Below the pieces are notes generated by a model. It worked only from the letters and a program-made list of their open reading frames with translations, did not search any database and was not told the DNA's origin. From an uncultured Chloroflexia bacterium (GTDB lineage Bacteria; Chloroflexota; Limnocylindria; Limnocylindrales; CSP1-4): DNA of 64,000 nucleotides. The stretch lies in contig CAVVDB010000003.1 of NCBI GenBank assembly GCA_963746865.1, forward strand, positions 585,549-649,548. The letters are read 5' to 3'. Below are positions 38,227 through 47,259 of the stretch, in pieces; the first letter of the stretch is position 1, and each line of letters begins with the position of its first letter. The translations under genes were made by a program, and so were the position numbers.

Positions 38227-39534
38227 ATGGATGGCGTTGCAGCGATCCGGCGTCTGCCGATGACCATCCTCGCGGTCCTGCTCGTCGCGGGATGTGCAGC
38301 CGATCCGAGTGCATCCTCGACGGCCACCGCGTGGTCGACAGTCGCACCGTCGGAGTCGCCGAGCGGAGCCCCGACGCCGTCACCCGAGCCGACACCGATG
38401 GAGACGTCGACACCGACGTCAACGCCGACCGCGGTCCCGACCGCGCCCGCGAAGACTCCGGCGCCGATCGCTGCACCCTGGCGTGAGGTCCCGTCGCAGG
38501 CTTCGGTCAAAGGCGTCCAGTTCCAGGATGTGGTTTGGGCGGGGACTCGCTTCGTGGCCGTCGCCGTGTCGAATGACAAGGCGCCGGGCCGCTCTCTGGA
38601 TTCGCTGGACGGAGTGACCTGGCATCGCCAGACGAGCGGTGCCGCAACTGGACACCCGATGCGCCTGGCGGCCGGGCAGGGTGGGGTCGTGGCGGTGGGC
38701 ACGATCGGCGATCAGCCGGCGAGCTGGTTCTCGAGCGATGGCCTGACCTGGACGGCGCACCCGAAAGCGTTTCCGATCCCCGCCCTGGGTACCGACACGG
38801 TCGAGATCACCGATATCGTCGCCCGGGGCAACGGCTGGCTGGCAGTTGGCCGCCGGGACCCGCAGTGCTTCATCGGGTGCGGGTTGGAGCCCAAGCGCGC
38901 GTACGTGTGGTCCTCGGCCGACGGAAAGAACTGGACGAGGAATCCCGATCAGGCCGCATTGAAGGACGGTGGCATGGATGCGGTCGCCCATGGCGAAGGT
39001 GGGTTGGTCGCCGCCGGGACCTCGAAGCAGGCCGCCGCTATCTGGACATCGCCCGACGGCCTGATCTGGTCACGGGTCCCGGAGGCCGCGATGTTCAAGG
39101 GACCGAGCACGCCGGATGGGCCGTCGCCTGTGCACACGATGAGTGTTGCCGCACGAGACGGGATCATCGTGGTCATGGGCAATCTCGGGTATGGGGAAAC
39201 TCCCGCTGTGCGCGCCTGGTGGTCGGCCGACGGAAAGGCATGGGCGAAAGCGCCCGTCGAGAAAGCTGCGGAGGGCCAGGTGTTCAGCGTTGCGGCGACG
39301 CCCGATCGGTTCCTCGCGACGGGACCGTCCGGTGAACCGAGCTGTCGCGGCGGTATCTGGGCCTCCAACGACGGCCGGGCATGGCGGTGCGAGGCGTCGG
39401 GCGCGCAGTTCAAGGGGTTCGGGCCGTATGCCGCCGCCGCATCCGACTCCGTCGAAGTGGCCGTCGGCCTGGATGGCGGCGTCGATTCGCCAGATGGTGC
39501 GCCTGGGGCGGCGTGGTCGCGGATGGTGCCGTGA
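38227..39534 (+). CDS. BNR/Asp-box repeat beta-propeller lipoprotein
   Basis: Lipobox LLVAGCA; five SxDGxxW Asp-box repeats (SSDGLTW, SSADGKNW, TSPDGLIW, SADGKAW, SNDGRAW). Confidence 0.7.
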   Translation: MDGVAAIRRLPMTILAVLLVAGCAADPSASSTATAWSTVAPSESPSGAPTPSPEPTPMETSTPTSTPTAVPTAPAKTPAPIAAPWREVPSQASVKGVQFQDVVWAGTRFVAVAVSNDKAPGRSLDSLDGVTWHRQTSGAATGHPMRLAAGQGGVVAVGTIGDQPASWFSSDGLTWTAHPKAFPIPALGTDTVEITDIVARGNGWLAVGRRDPQCFIGCGLEPKRAYVWSSADGKNWTRNPDQAALKDGGMDAVAHGEGGLVAAGTSKQAAAIWTSPDGLIWSRVPEAAMFKGPSTPDGPSPVHTMSVAARDGIIVVMGNLGYGETPAVRAWWSADGKAWAKAPVEKAAEGQVFSVAATPDRFLATGPSGEPSCRGGIWASNDGRAWRCEASGAQFKGFGPYAAAASDSVEVAVGLDGGVDSPDGAPGAAWSRMVP

Positions 39535-40886
39535 CCGGTCGCAGCATCACGCGCCAGGCCGGAGCGTGGGGAGCAGCCCTTGTGCTGACCTTCGTGCTGG
39601 CGGGCTGCGCGGCGCCTCTCGGTTCAGCAAGCGTCTTCCCGGGCGCTTCCGGGTCGGTCGGATCGCCGTTGCCATCGTCGAGCCCAGCGCCCACGCTCCT
39701 TTCGCCGCGACCTTCGCTGGCCACCGCCAAGCCGTCCGCGTCACCCTGGTCGAGTTCCGCGAAGACGCTGACATGGCATCGCCTCGGCGCGTTCGCGGCG
39801 TCCGGCGTCGATGGCCTCATCGGCTTCGCCAAGGGATACGTGGCGCTTGAAGGCTCCGCCGGTGCCGTCTGGCACTCGCCGGATGGTCGGTCGTGGAAGC
39901 GGGTCAAGCTCCCGTTCGATCTCCCGCTCAAAGGCGCGCAGGATCCGAACGGCTTGCTCGGCCGCGTGATCACGACGAACGGCGAGGAGGTGTTGGTCGT
40001 CGGCGGGTACAGCCACCAACCCTGCGAGGAGCAACCGCCCGGCGACACGGGCGGCGACCCGGAGTGCGCGATCAGCCCCATCGCCTGGGTCTCCGATGAC
40101 GGCCTGACCTGGCGCCGACTCCATCCGGAGCAAGTCGGAGGAGTGGAATTGGTCGCCGCGTGGCCGGCCTCGGCCGGCGGCTGGAACGCCGCGGCCTCTG
40201 ATTGGTATGGCGTCGCGCTGGGCGGCAACGCTCTGTCGCATTCGGAGGATGGGACCCGTTGGGTACCCGCATCGAAACCCCCGGCAGGATGGGAAGGCTA
40301 CGAACACGCTCCCCTTGGAGTCGCGAACGGCTCTGGGCAGTACCTCCTGGCCGCGAGCGAACGCGGTGGACCCGGCACCACACTGGCAGCGATGGTTGAT
40401 GGCGGATCGTGGCGCGTCCTGGACGGCTTCCCGGGCAAGGGCGCCGAGGTGACGTCCGGTATCGGGTCGAACGGAGTCCGACCCCGCTGGGTCCTCGGCG
40501 GTACGAGCGGCTGCGTCGTCGAGGAAGGGTGCAATGGTGGTCCGACCATCTGGACATCCACCGACGGCGTGGCCTGGACGACGACCACCCTCCCGACGGG
40601 TGCCGGGGTCCCCGGTGCGGACCCGCCCGTGGTCGTGTCGTCCGTGGCAAGCCTCGCGCGCTCGGAGCGCGGCTACGTCGGCGTGGGTGTCGACGGATCC
40701 TGGTCGGAAGGCGCCCGGCATGAGACCTGGGTGAGCGACGACAGCGCCTCCTGGACGCTGCTCCCGCAGACCGACCGGCCGCGGTTCGACTACGGCCCTG
40801 GGATCGTCGCGAACGGCCCACATGGCGTCGTCGGCATCAGCGCATCAGCGAAGGACAAGGAATCCATCGCCTGGGAGCTCCGCTAA
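39531..40886 (+). CDS. BNR/Asp-box repeat beta-propeller lipoprotein (paralog of upstream gene)
   Basis: Lipobox VLAGCA; Asp-box repeats HSPDGRSW, VSDDGLTW, HSEDGTRW, TSTDGVAW; GTG start overlapping upstream stop. Confidence 0.7.
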   Translation: MTGRSITRQAGAWGAALVLTFVLAGCAAPLGSASVFPGASGSVGSPLPSSSPAPTLLSPRPSLATAKPSASPWSSSAKTLTWHRLGAFAASGVDGLIGFAKGYVALEGSAGAVWHSPDGRSWKRVKLPFDLPLKGAQDPNGLLGRVITTNGEEVLVVGGYSHQPCEEQPPGDTGGDPECAISPIAWVSDDGLTWRRLHPEQVGGVELVAAWPASAGGWNAAASDWYGVALGGNALSHSEDGTRWVPASKPPAGWEGYEHAPLGVANGSGQYLLAASERGGPGTTLAAMVDGGSWRVLDGFPGKGAEVTSGIGSNGVRPRWVLGGTSGCVVEEGCNGGPTIWTSTDGVAWTTTTLPTGAGVPGADPPVVVSSVASLARSERGYVGVGVDGSWSEGARHETWVSDDSASWTLLPQTDRPRFDYGPGIVANGPHGVVGISASAKDKESIAWELR

Positions 40887-40909
40887 GGGATCTGCCCGAT
40901 GGGCTGGTG

Positions 40910-41773
40910 TCAGCCGCCGCCGAGGGTCGGCTGGAACGCCACCTGCAATGCGCCGCCGGCGTCGCGAAGCTCCAGCTTGTCACCGGAGATCGTGTAGGTC
41001 GTGGCCGCCGACATGGCCGCGAAGAACTGCGCTTCCTGGTCGTCGACGCCGGCCGGGGTGTTGCACAGCATCCGGGTGGCCGCGAGTGGACCGATCTTGA
41101 TACTGGATGCGTCGCTGGTGTATGGCCCGCTATACGTGTTGCAGCCGCCCGACCCGGCAACGGTCCCTCCAGCCGCGAAGACTGCCGTCAACGTCGTGCC
41201 CGCCACGATGCTGGTAACGCCACCCTTGCCATTGTTCACGCTCGTGGCGACCCACCGGGTCTTCGTCAGGCTGGCGGCCTCTGTCGCGGTGAAGTGGAGG
41301 CCGACCTTGTTCTCGGCGGTCTTGAGGTCGAGCGACTTGCCGCTGACGGTGTAGGTCGCGACCTTGGCTAGGGCTGCCAGGTAGGCGGTCTCGAGGGCCG
41401 TCTGGGCCGGTCCGCAGGCCTTCTTGGTCGTTGCCAGCGGTCCGATCGTTAGCTTGTCACCGTCGACGGTGTAGGTCCCCGTGTAGTCATTGCAGCCCGC
41501 GTTGCCCGACACCGTGCCGGCGGCGAACGTGGCCGTGGCGGTCAGGTCCTTCGGGACAGGGACCGCATTCCCGCTCGGTCCGAGGTACTCCGCCAGCCCC
41601 CAGAGCGTGCCCTCCAGGCCGGACCCCGCCGACGCGGACGCCGACGCCGCGGCTGACGCCTTCGGCGAAGCCGATTGGCCGGCGCTGGACGTACACGCGA
41701 CCAGCGCGAACGCCGCGAGCATAGACATTGCGCTCACGATGGCGCCACGCGAAGGTCGGATCGACACAAGCAA
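40910..41773 (-). CDS. META-domain (HslJ-like) lipoprotein, two tandem META domains
   Basis: Lipobox FALVAC; duplicated GNAGCNDYTGTY / GSGGCNTYSGPY META motifs. Confidence 0.7.
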   Translation of the reverse strand: MLVSIRPSRGAIVSAMSMLAAFALVACTSSAGQSASPKASAAASASASAGSGLEGTLWGLAEYLGPSGNAVPVPKDLTATATFAAGTVSGNAGCNDYTGTYTVDGDKLTIGPLATTKKACGPAQTALETAYLAALAKVATYTVSGKSLDLKTAENKVGLHFTATEAASLTKTRWVATSVNNGKGGVTSIVAGTTLTAVFAAGGTVAGSGGCNTYSGPYTSDASSIKIGPLAATRMLCNTPAGVDDQEAQFFAAMSAATTYTISGDKLELRDAGGALQVAFQPTLGGG

Positions 41774-41951
41774 GTCCCCCTATCGAACCTGGGTGATCGC
41801 CCGTCGAACATCGAGCGAGGACCAGATCACCGGCGCGATGGTAGTCGCCTCGGCGGATCCGTGCCGGGGGAAGGGGACCGGACCGCTACGAGGACCTGCC
41901 GAGCGTGTAAGGGCGCGGGTGTCACACGCGCTGTGTGCCGGCCGGTGGAGA

Positions 41952-42953
41952 ATGTCGTCGGAGCAGATCACAGATCGGAGGAGCGTGAGCGCGGAACCAC
42001 AGCCCTGGCAGGACCCGGGATGGTTCACCGAGATGGTGGCCTGGATCGACGGGCGCCTGGCGAACATCGGGCTCCGTCGGCGGAGCGAGGCAGTCGTCAT
42101 GCGGGCCTGGGCGCGGGGCGTGACGCTCACCTTCGAGACCGACCGTGGGCAGATGTGGGCCAAGGCTGTCCCGGAGGTCTTCGCCCACGAGGTGGCCGTC
42201 ACCGAGCTCCTCTTCGATATCGACCCCGGGGTCGTGCCGCCGGTGGTGGCGGCGGACCGAGCCCGTGGTCGGGTCATCACCGAGCACGTGGCTGGACCGT
42301 CACTGGCATCGCTCGGCAGCGACCCGACGGTCTGGGCGGCGACGCTCTCCAGGCTCGCCGAGCTCCAGCGCGTCCTCGCGGCGGATCCTGGAGCCCTCGC
42401 CGTCGCCGGTGTCGCGTCGGCGCCGCTCGTGCGACTGGCCGAAGTCACGCCGGCCCTGCTCGGCGACGACACGTTGCTGCAGGTCGAACGAGCCGGCGGC
42501 CTGACGGCAGGTGAGGCGATGACCATCCGGTCGCGGCTCCCGGAGCTGGTCGACGCCTGTCATGCCCTGGCCGCGAGTGGCGTCCCCGACAGCCTCGAAC
42601 ACGGCGACCTGGCCGCGGACGAGGTCATCATCGGGGAGATGGGGCCGGTCTTCCTCGATTGGTCGGACGGATCGATCACGCACCCGTTCCTGTCGGCCGC
42701 GTCCTTGCTGGGCGCCGGGGCCGATCCGGTGGAGACGCACGACGCGCGGGTGACGGCCTACCTCGGGCCGTGGCTGACCGCCGGGATCGGGTTGACCTCC
42801 GAGGCCGGGCATGCCGCCATGGCGACCGCACGCACCGTGCTGCCGCTCCACCTCACCGCGCTCTACGCCGACCGGGTACTTCCGGGCGTCGGCACGGACC
42901 ACGAGCTAGCCGGGATCGTGCCCACGGCGCTCCGGACACTTCTGCCGCGATGA
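41952..42953 (+). CDS. aminoglycoside phosphotransferase (APH)/choline-kinase-like family protein
   Basis: Kinase-like motifs (Brenner HGDLAADEVI, DWSDGSITHP); the track ORF from 41490 is an upstream extension. Confidence 0.65.
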   Translation: MSSEQITDRRSVSAEPQPWQDPGWFTEMVAWIDGRLANIGLRRRSEAVVMRAWARGVTLTFETDRGQMWAKAVPEVFAHEVAVTELLFDIDPGVVPPVVAADRARGRVITEHVAGPSLASLGSDPTVWAATLSRLAELQRVLAADPGALAVAGVASAPLVRLAEVTPALLGDDTLLQVERAGGLTAGEAMTIRSRLPELVDACHALAASGVPDSLEHGDLAADEVIIGEMGPVFLDWSDGSITHPFLSAASLLGAGADPVETHDARVTAYLGPWLTAGIGLTSEAGHAAMATARTVLPLHLTALYADRVLPGVGTDHELAGIVPTALRTLLPR

Positions 42954-43915
42954 CCAGGGTCCGGATCCCCGACGAGGTCCTGTCGGCGGCGCATGCCCGG
43001 GCGGCCGCGCGCGAGGCCCGCGACTGGGCCGAGGCCGACCGACTGCGCGACGAGATCGAGGCCGCGGGCTGGAAGATCGTCGATCGAGGGACCGATTTCG
43101 CGCTGACGCCGAACGCTCCGCCCGACGTCGCCGAGGGCGACCGGATCCGATACGGGTCGAGCCGGAGCGTGCCGTCACGGCTCGACGTCGCGCCGGCGGG
43201 CCTGGCCACGATCGTGCTGATCGCCACCGACTGGCCGGACGACCTGGCCCGCGCCCTCGCCGGGCTGCGGGATGGGTCTCCGGTTGGGACCTCAGTCGTC
43301 GTCGTCGCCGATGCCCCGAGTCCCGACCAGGCGACGGCGCTCGAAGCGCTTCAGGCCGCACCACCGGCCGATCAGCCCACCGAGATCGTCTGGACGAGTG
43401 AGCGGCTCGGTCACGCCGCGGCGACCAACATCGGCCTTCGCCGGGCAGCCGGCCCGATCGCGATCCTGATGGACGCGAGCGTCGAACCGACCGGGGACGT
43501 CGTCACGCCCCTCGTCGCCGCGCTCTACGACCCGACCGTGGCTGTCGCCGGCCGCTGGGGGATCGTTTCTGACGACCTGCGGACGTTCACCGATGCCCCG
43601 GCCGGTGACGTCGACGCCATCGAGGGCTACCTGCAGGCATTCCGTCGCGCCGACTACGGGACGCGCGGCCCGCTCGACGAGCGGTTCCGCTTCTACCGGA
43701 ACCTGGACATCTGGTGGAGCCTGGTCCTGCGCGACGAGGGGGAGGGGAGCGCGCCCCGGCGGGCGGTCAGCCTGGAGGCGATCCCGGTCGCCCGCCACGA
43801 CCACCGTGGTTACGCGAGCCTGCCCGACGACGAGCGAGACCGCCAGAGCCGGCGCAACTTCTACCGGATCATCGATCGGTTCGGGGTGCGGCGGGATCTG
43901 CTGGTCGGCGGCTGA
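42950..43915 (+). CDS. two-domain protein: N-terminal CysRS C-terminal-like helical domain + GT-A (family 2-like) glycosyltransferase domain
   Basis: Residues 10-45 (AHARAAAREARDWAEADRLRDEIEAAGWKIVDRGTDFAL) parallel the CysRS C-terminus encoded at 43922-44080 (ARDAARTARDWSRADTLRAELATLGWEVVDGPTGSTV); remainder has GT2-like IVLIATD...VVVVADAPSPD...IAILMDASVEP pattern; ATGA overlap with the APH gene. Confidence 0.6.
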   Translation: MTRVRIPDEVLSAAHARAAAREARDWAEADRLRDEIEAAGWKIVDRGTDFALTPNAPPDVAEGDRIRYGSSRSVPSRLDVAPAGLATIVLIATDWPDDLARALAGLRDGSPVGTSVVVVADAPSPDQATALEALQAAPPADQPTEIVWTSERLGHAAATNIGLRRAAGPIAILMDASVEPTGDVVTPLVAALYDPTVAVAGRWGIVSDDLRTFTDAPAGDVDAIEGYLQAFRRADYGTRGPLDERFRFYRNLDIWWSLVLRDEGEGSAPRRAVSLEAIPVARHDHRGYASLPDDERDRQSRRNFYRIIDRFGVRRDLLVGG

Positions 43916-43921
43916 TCGCGG

Positions 43922-45466
43922 TCAGCCCAGCCGGCGGACCGTCGACCCTGTCGGGCCGTCCACGACCTCCCAGCCGAGGGTCGCGAGTTCGGCGCGGAGC
44001 GTGTCTGCACGCGACCAGTCACGCGCGGTCCGGGCGGCATCACGGGCATCGACGAGCGCCATGACATCGTCGGGCGTCTGGTCGGCGGCCACCGCGTCCG
44101 ACCAGACCTGGTCGAGCCCGAGCCCGAGCACGGCGTCCGCATCGAGCACGAGCCAGCGTCGTTCATCGGCCGACAGCTGCGCCTTGAGGATCTCGCGCAG
44201 GAGCGCCAGCGCGACCGGCATGTCGAGGTCGTCCTCGATCGCGGCGACGAACCGACCGTGCAGCTCGCGGCCTTCGCTCGTCAACGGCGCAGCCGGGTTG
44301 CTCGCGCGGTCGCCGATCTCGAAGCCAGGCCCACCGTCCCCACCGTGTCCCGAGGCGCCGGTCGCCACCCCGACCGGCCGATCACCCGCCGCGCCCGCAA
44401 CCAGGACCGGCGGCGCAGCCCATGGACCATCGACCGGCGCCGGCCCGAGGGCCCGCAGACCGGCACGAAGCGATCCGAGGGCCGCATCGGCCGCCGCGAT
44501 CGACCGATCCGAGTACTCGAGCTTCCGGCCGTACCGGGAGGTGAGCGTCAGGTAGCGAAAGGCGAGTGGATCGATGCCGCGCTCGACGAGCTCGGTGACC
44601 CGCTGGAAGTTGCCGGCCGACTTCGACATCTTCTTGCCGTCCATCTGCAGGAACTCGCCGTGGACCCAGTGGCTGGCCGGGACCTCGCCGACGATCGGGG
44701 TCGACTGGGCGATCTCATCCTCGTGGTGGGGAAAGACGTTGTCGATGCCGCCGGTATGGATGTCGAAGCGGGGACCCAGGTAGCGCATCGCCATCGCCGA
44801 GCACTCGAGATGCCAGCCCGGGAACCCCTCGCCCCAGCGAGCCGTCGGCCATTTCAGGAGTCGCCCGGGTCCGGCCGACTTCCACAGCGCGAAGTCCGCC
44901 GGGTCGCGCTTGTCGGGTTCGATGTCGCCACGGTGACCGGCTCGCAGGTCGGCCAGGCTGTTGCCTGACAGCCGGCCGTATCCCTCGAACCGGCCGACCT
45001 CGTAGTAGACGTTGCCCTCAGGCGTCGCGTAGGCGTACCCCGCGTCCTCGAGCGCCTCGGCAAGCGCCAGCATCTCGGGGATATGCTCGGTCGCGCGAGG
45101 GAAGACATGCGCCGGCAGGATGTTGACGAGGGCCTCGTCGGCGTGGAACGCGGTCTCGTAGGTGGCCGCGATCTCGGCCGGCGACTTCGACTCGAGACCG
45201 GCGGCCACCAGCATCGGATCGGCGCCGCGGTCGAAGCCCTCGTCGCGCAGGTGGCCCACGTCGGTGATGTTCTTGACGTGCAGGACCTCGATCCCGTGGT
45301 AGAGCAGGACGCGGCGGATCAGGTCGGCCAGGATGTTGCTGCGCAGGTTCCCGACATGGGCGTAGCGGTAGACGGTCGGGCCGCACGTGTACATCCCGAT
45401 TCGTCCTGCCACGAGCGGGGCGACCGGGTCGACCCGGCGGGTCATCGTGTTTCGCAGGTGGAGCAC
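43922..45466 (-). CDS. cysS: cysteine--tRNA ligase
   Basis: Class I HIGH-like CGPTVYRYAHVGN and KMSKS motifs, Cys-binding WHLECSAMAMRYLG; contains a ~45-aa Gly/Ala/Pro-rich insertion. Confidence 0.9.
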   Translation of the reverse strand: MLHLRNTMTRRVDPVAPLVAGRIGMYTCGPTVYRYAHVGNLRSNILADLIRRVLLYHGIEVLHVKNITDVGHLRDEGFDRGADPMLVAAGLESKSPAEIAATYETAFHADEALVNILPAHVFPRATEHIPEMLALAEALEDAGYAYATPEGNVYYEVGRFEGYGRLSGNSLADLRAGHRGDIEPDKRDPADFALWKSAGPGRLLKWPTARWGEGFPGWHLECSAMAMRYLGPRFDIHTGGIDNVFPHHEDEIAQSTPIVGEVPASHWVHGEFLQMDGKKMSKSAGNFQRVTELVERGIDPLAFRYLTLTSRYGRKLEYSDRSIAAADAALGSLRAGLRALGPAPVDGPWAAPPVLVAGAAGDRPVGVATGASGHGGDGGPGFEIGDRASNPAAPLTSEGRELHGRFVAAIEDDLDMPVALALLREILKAQLSADERRWLVLDADAVLGLGLDQVWSDAVAADQTPDDVMALVDARDAARTARDWSRADTLRAELATLGWEVVDGPTGSTVRRLG

Positions 45467-45577
45467 CAGGCCATGCTAGCGACGCCCGGCCGGCACCGCA
45501 CCAGACCGCCCCGGACCGCACCGAATGACCGCGGCGATCGCCCCTAACGTTTCCCGACCGCCATCGTTGTCCCACCA

Positions 45578-45672
45578 GAGGCCTCGCGGTCCAGTCCCAT
45601 CGTTCCCCCGGCGGTGTGGACCTGCGAGGCCTCATGCCGTGTCCAGTGTCCGACCATCGAAAACGAGGCCTC
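45578..45672. promoter_or_regulatory. three copies of palindromic octamer GAGGCCTC (45578, 45626, 45665) upstream of the ABC substrate-binding protein gene; TATACT 8 nt before the ATG
   Basis: Seen directly; the first two copies sit in a longer imperfect direct repeat (GAGGCCTC..GTCCAGT..CCATCG). Confidence 0.3.
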
Positions 45673-45699
45673 CGGGCGACCCGCCCTATACTCCCGGCG

Positions 45700-47259
45700 A
45701 TGCATCGCCTCATCGCCCTCGCCATCCTGGCGACCCTGTTCGCCGCGTGTGGGGGGTCGGCCGGGGCGGGTTCGGATCGCCCCGTCAGGATCCTGACCGG
45801 CGAGCCGACGAGCCTCGATCCCGCGGCCCAGGGCGACGCGGGGAGTGCGGCGATCACGGCCCAGCTGTTCGAATCGCTGACGACCTACGATGCGGATCTC
45901 CAGCTTCGCCCGGCCCTCGCCGAGACCTGGCGGTTCGAGGACGGCGGGCGTCGCGTGACGTTCCACCTCCGGCCTGGCATCACCTTCTCGGACGGCAGTC
46001 CGCTGCGTCCGTCCGACGTCGTCCGGAGCTGGCTCCGCCTGATCGACCCGGCCCATCCCTCGCCGCTCGCCTCGCTCGCGTTCGATATCAAGGGCGCCGA
46101 GGCGTACCTGCGCGGGACTTCGAAGGACCCGGCCACGGTCGAGATGCGCGCGGACGACGCGGTGGGCGACCTGGTCATCGACCTCGTCCGGCCGGCGACC
46201 GATTTCGTGACGATCGTTGCTGCGCCGATGTTCGGGATCGTCCCGCCAGGCGTCGGGAGCGACCCGGACGCGCTCAAGCCCGGCAAGGGGTTCGTGGGGA
46301 GCGGCGGGTATGTCCTGACCGGTTCGACGTCGTCGGGGCTGACCGCCACCGCGAACGCCCGGTACTGGGCCGGCAAGCCGGCCGTCACCACGATCGAGCT
46401 GGTCGGGGATCTCGGTGGTCGCAACTCGATCGACGTGTTCCTCGAGGGGAAGCTCGACTACCTCGGCGTCGGCGGCTGGGATGCGGCCTGGATGCGCTAC
46501 GACAAGGCATTGGGGTCACAACTGCGCAAGGTCGCCTCGCTGTCGGTCACTTATGTCGGGTTCACCACGACCCGTCCACCGTTCGACGAGCCGAAGGTCC
46601 GCCAGGCCTTCGGAAAAGCGATCGACTGGCGCAGGATGGCGGCCCTGAGCGGCACGAGCGAGTCCGTCCAGGTGGCCAACTCGATGGTCCCGCCGGGGAT
46701 CCCCGGCCGCAGCGCCACGGATTTCCTGCCGACGTACGATCCGACCGAAGCCCGGCGACTGCTGGCCGAAGCCGGCTATCCCGGCGGGGCCGGGTTCCCC
46801 GACACCGTGCTGCTGACCGGGGGCTCCGGCTTCACCGAGGCGATCATCGGCGAGGTCAAGCGTGAACTCGGGATCAGCCTGCGATCCGAGACGATGGCCG
46901 ACGGCTACTTCGACCGCCTGTCGAGCGAGCCGCCGACGATCTGGTCGCTCGGCTGGGTCGCCGACTACCCAGGTCGCAACGACTTCCTCGGCGTCCTCCT
47001 CGGATCGGGCGCCTCCAACAACTACGGTGGCTGGAGCTCGGCGGCGTTCGACGCGGCGATCGCGGAGGCCGTCGGCTCCACCGACGCGGCGGTCGCTGCC
47101 GCAGCCTTCGACCGGGCCGAGGCGATCGTCCGCGACGACGTGCCGGTCGTGCCGCTCCTGTACGGTCCAGGCTGGGCCCTGTCGCGGACCGGTCTGCTGG
47201 GTGCCGGGCAGAACGGGCTGGGCACCCTTCGTATGGCGGGGCTGGCATGGGAAGACTGA
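45700..47259 (+). CDS. ABC transporter substrate-binding lipoprotein (peptide/nickel family 5, DppA/OppA-like)
   Basis: Lipobox LFAACGG; family-5 SBP pattern (LTTYDADLQLRPALAETW...). Confidence 0.8.
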   Translation: MHRLIALAILATLFAACGGSAGAGSDRPVRILTGEPTSLDPAAQGDAGSAAITAQLFESLTTYDADLQLRPALAETWRFEDGGRRVTFHLRPGITFSDGSPLRPSDVVRSWLRLIDPAHPSPLASLAFDIKGAEAYLRGTSKDPATVEMRADDAVGDLVIDLVRPATDFVTIVAAPMFGIVPPGVGSDPDALKPGKGFVGSGGYVLTGSTSSGLTATANARYWAGKPAVTTIELVGDLGGRNSIDVFLEGKLDYLGVGGWDAAWMRYDKALGSQLRKVASLSVTYVGFTTTRPPFDEPKVRQAFGKAIDWRRMAALSGTSESVQVANSMVPPGIPGRSATDFLPTYDPTEARRLLAEAGYPGGAGFPDTVLLTGGSGFTEAIIGEVKRELGISLRSETMADGYFDRLSSEPPTIWSLGWVADYPGRNDFLGVLLGSGASNNYGGWSSAAFDAAIAEAVGSTDAAVAAAAFDRAEAIVRDDVPVVPLLYGPGWALSRTGLLGAGQNGLGTLRMAGLAWED

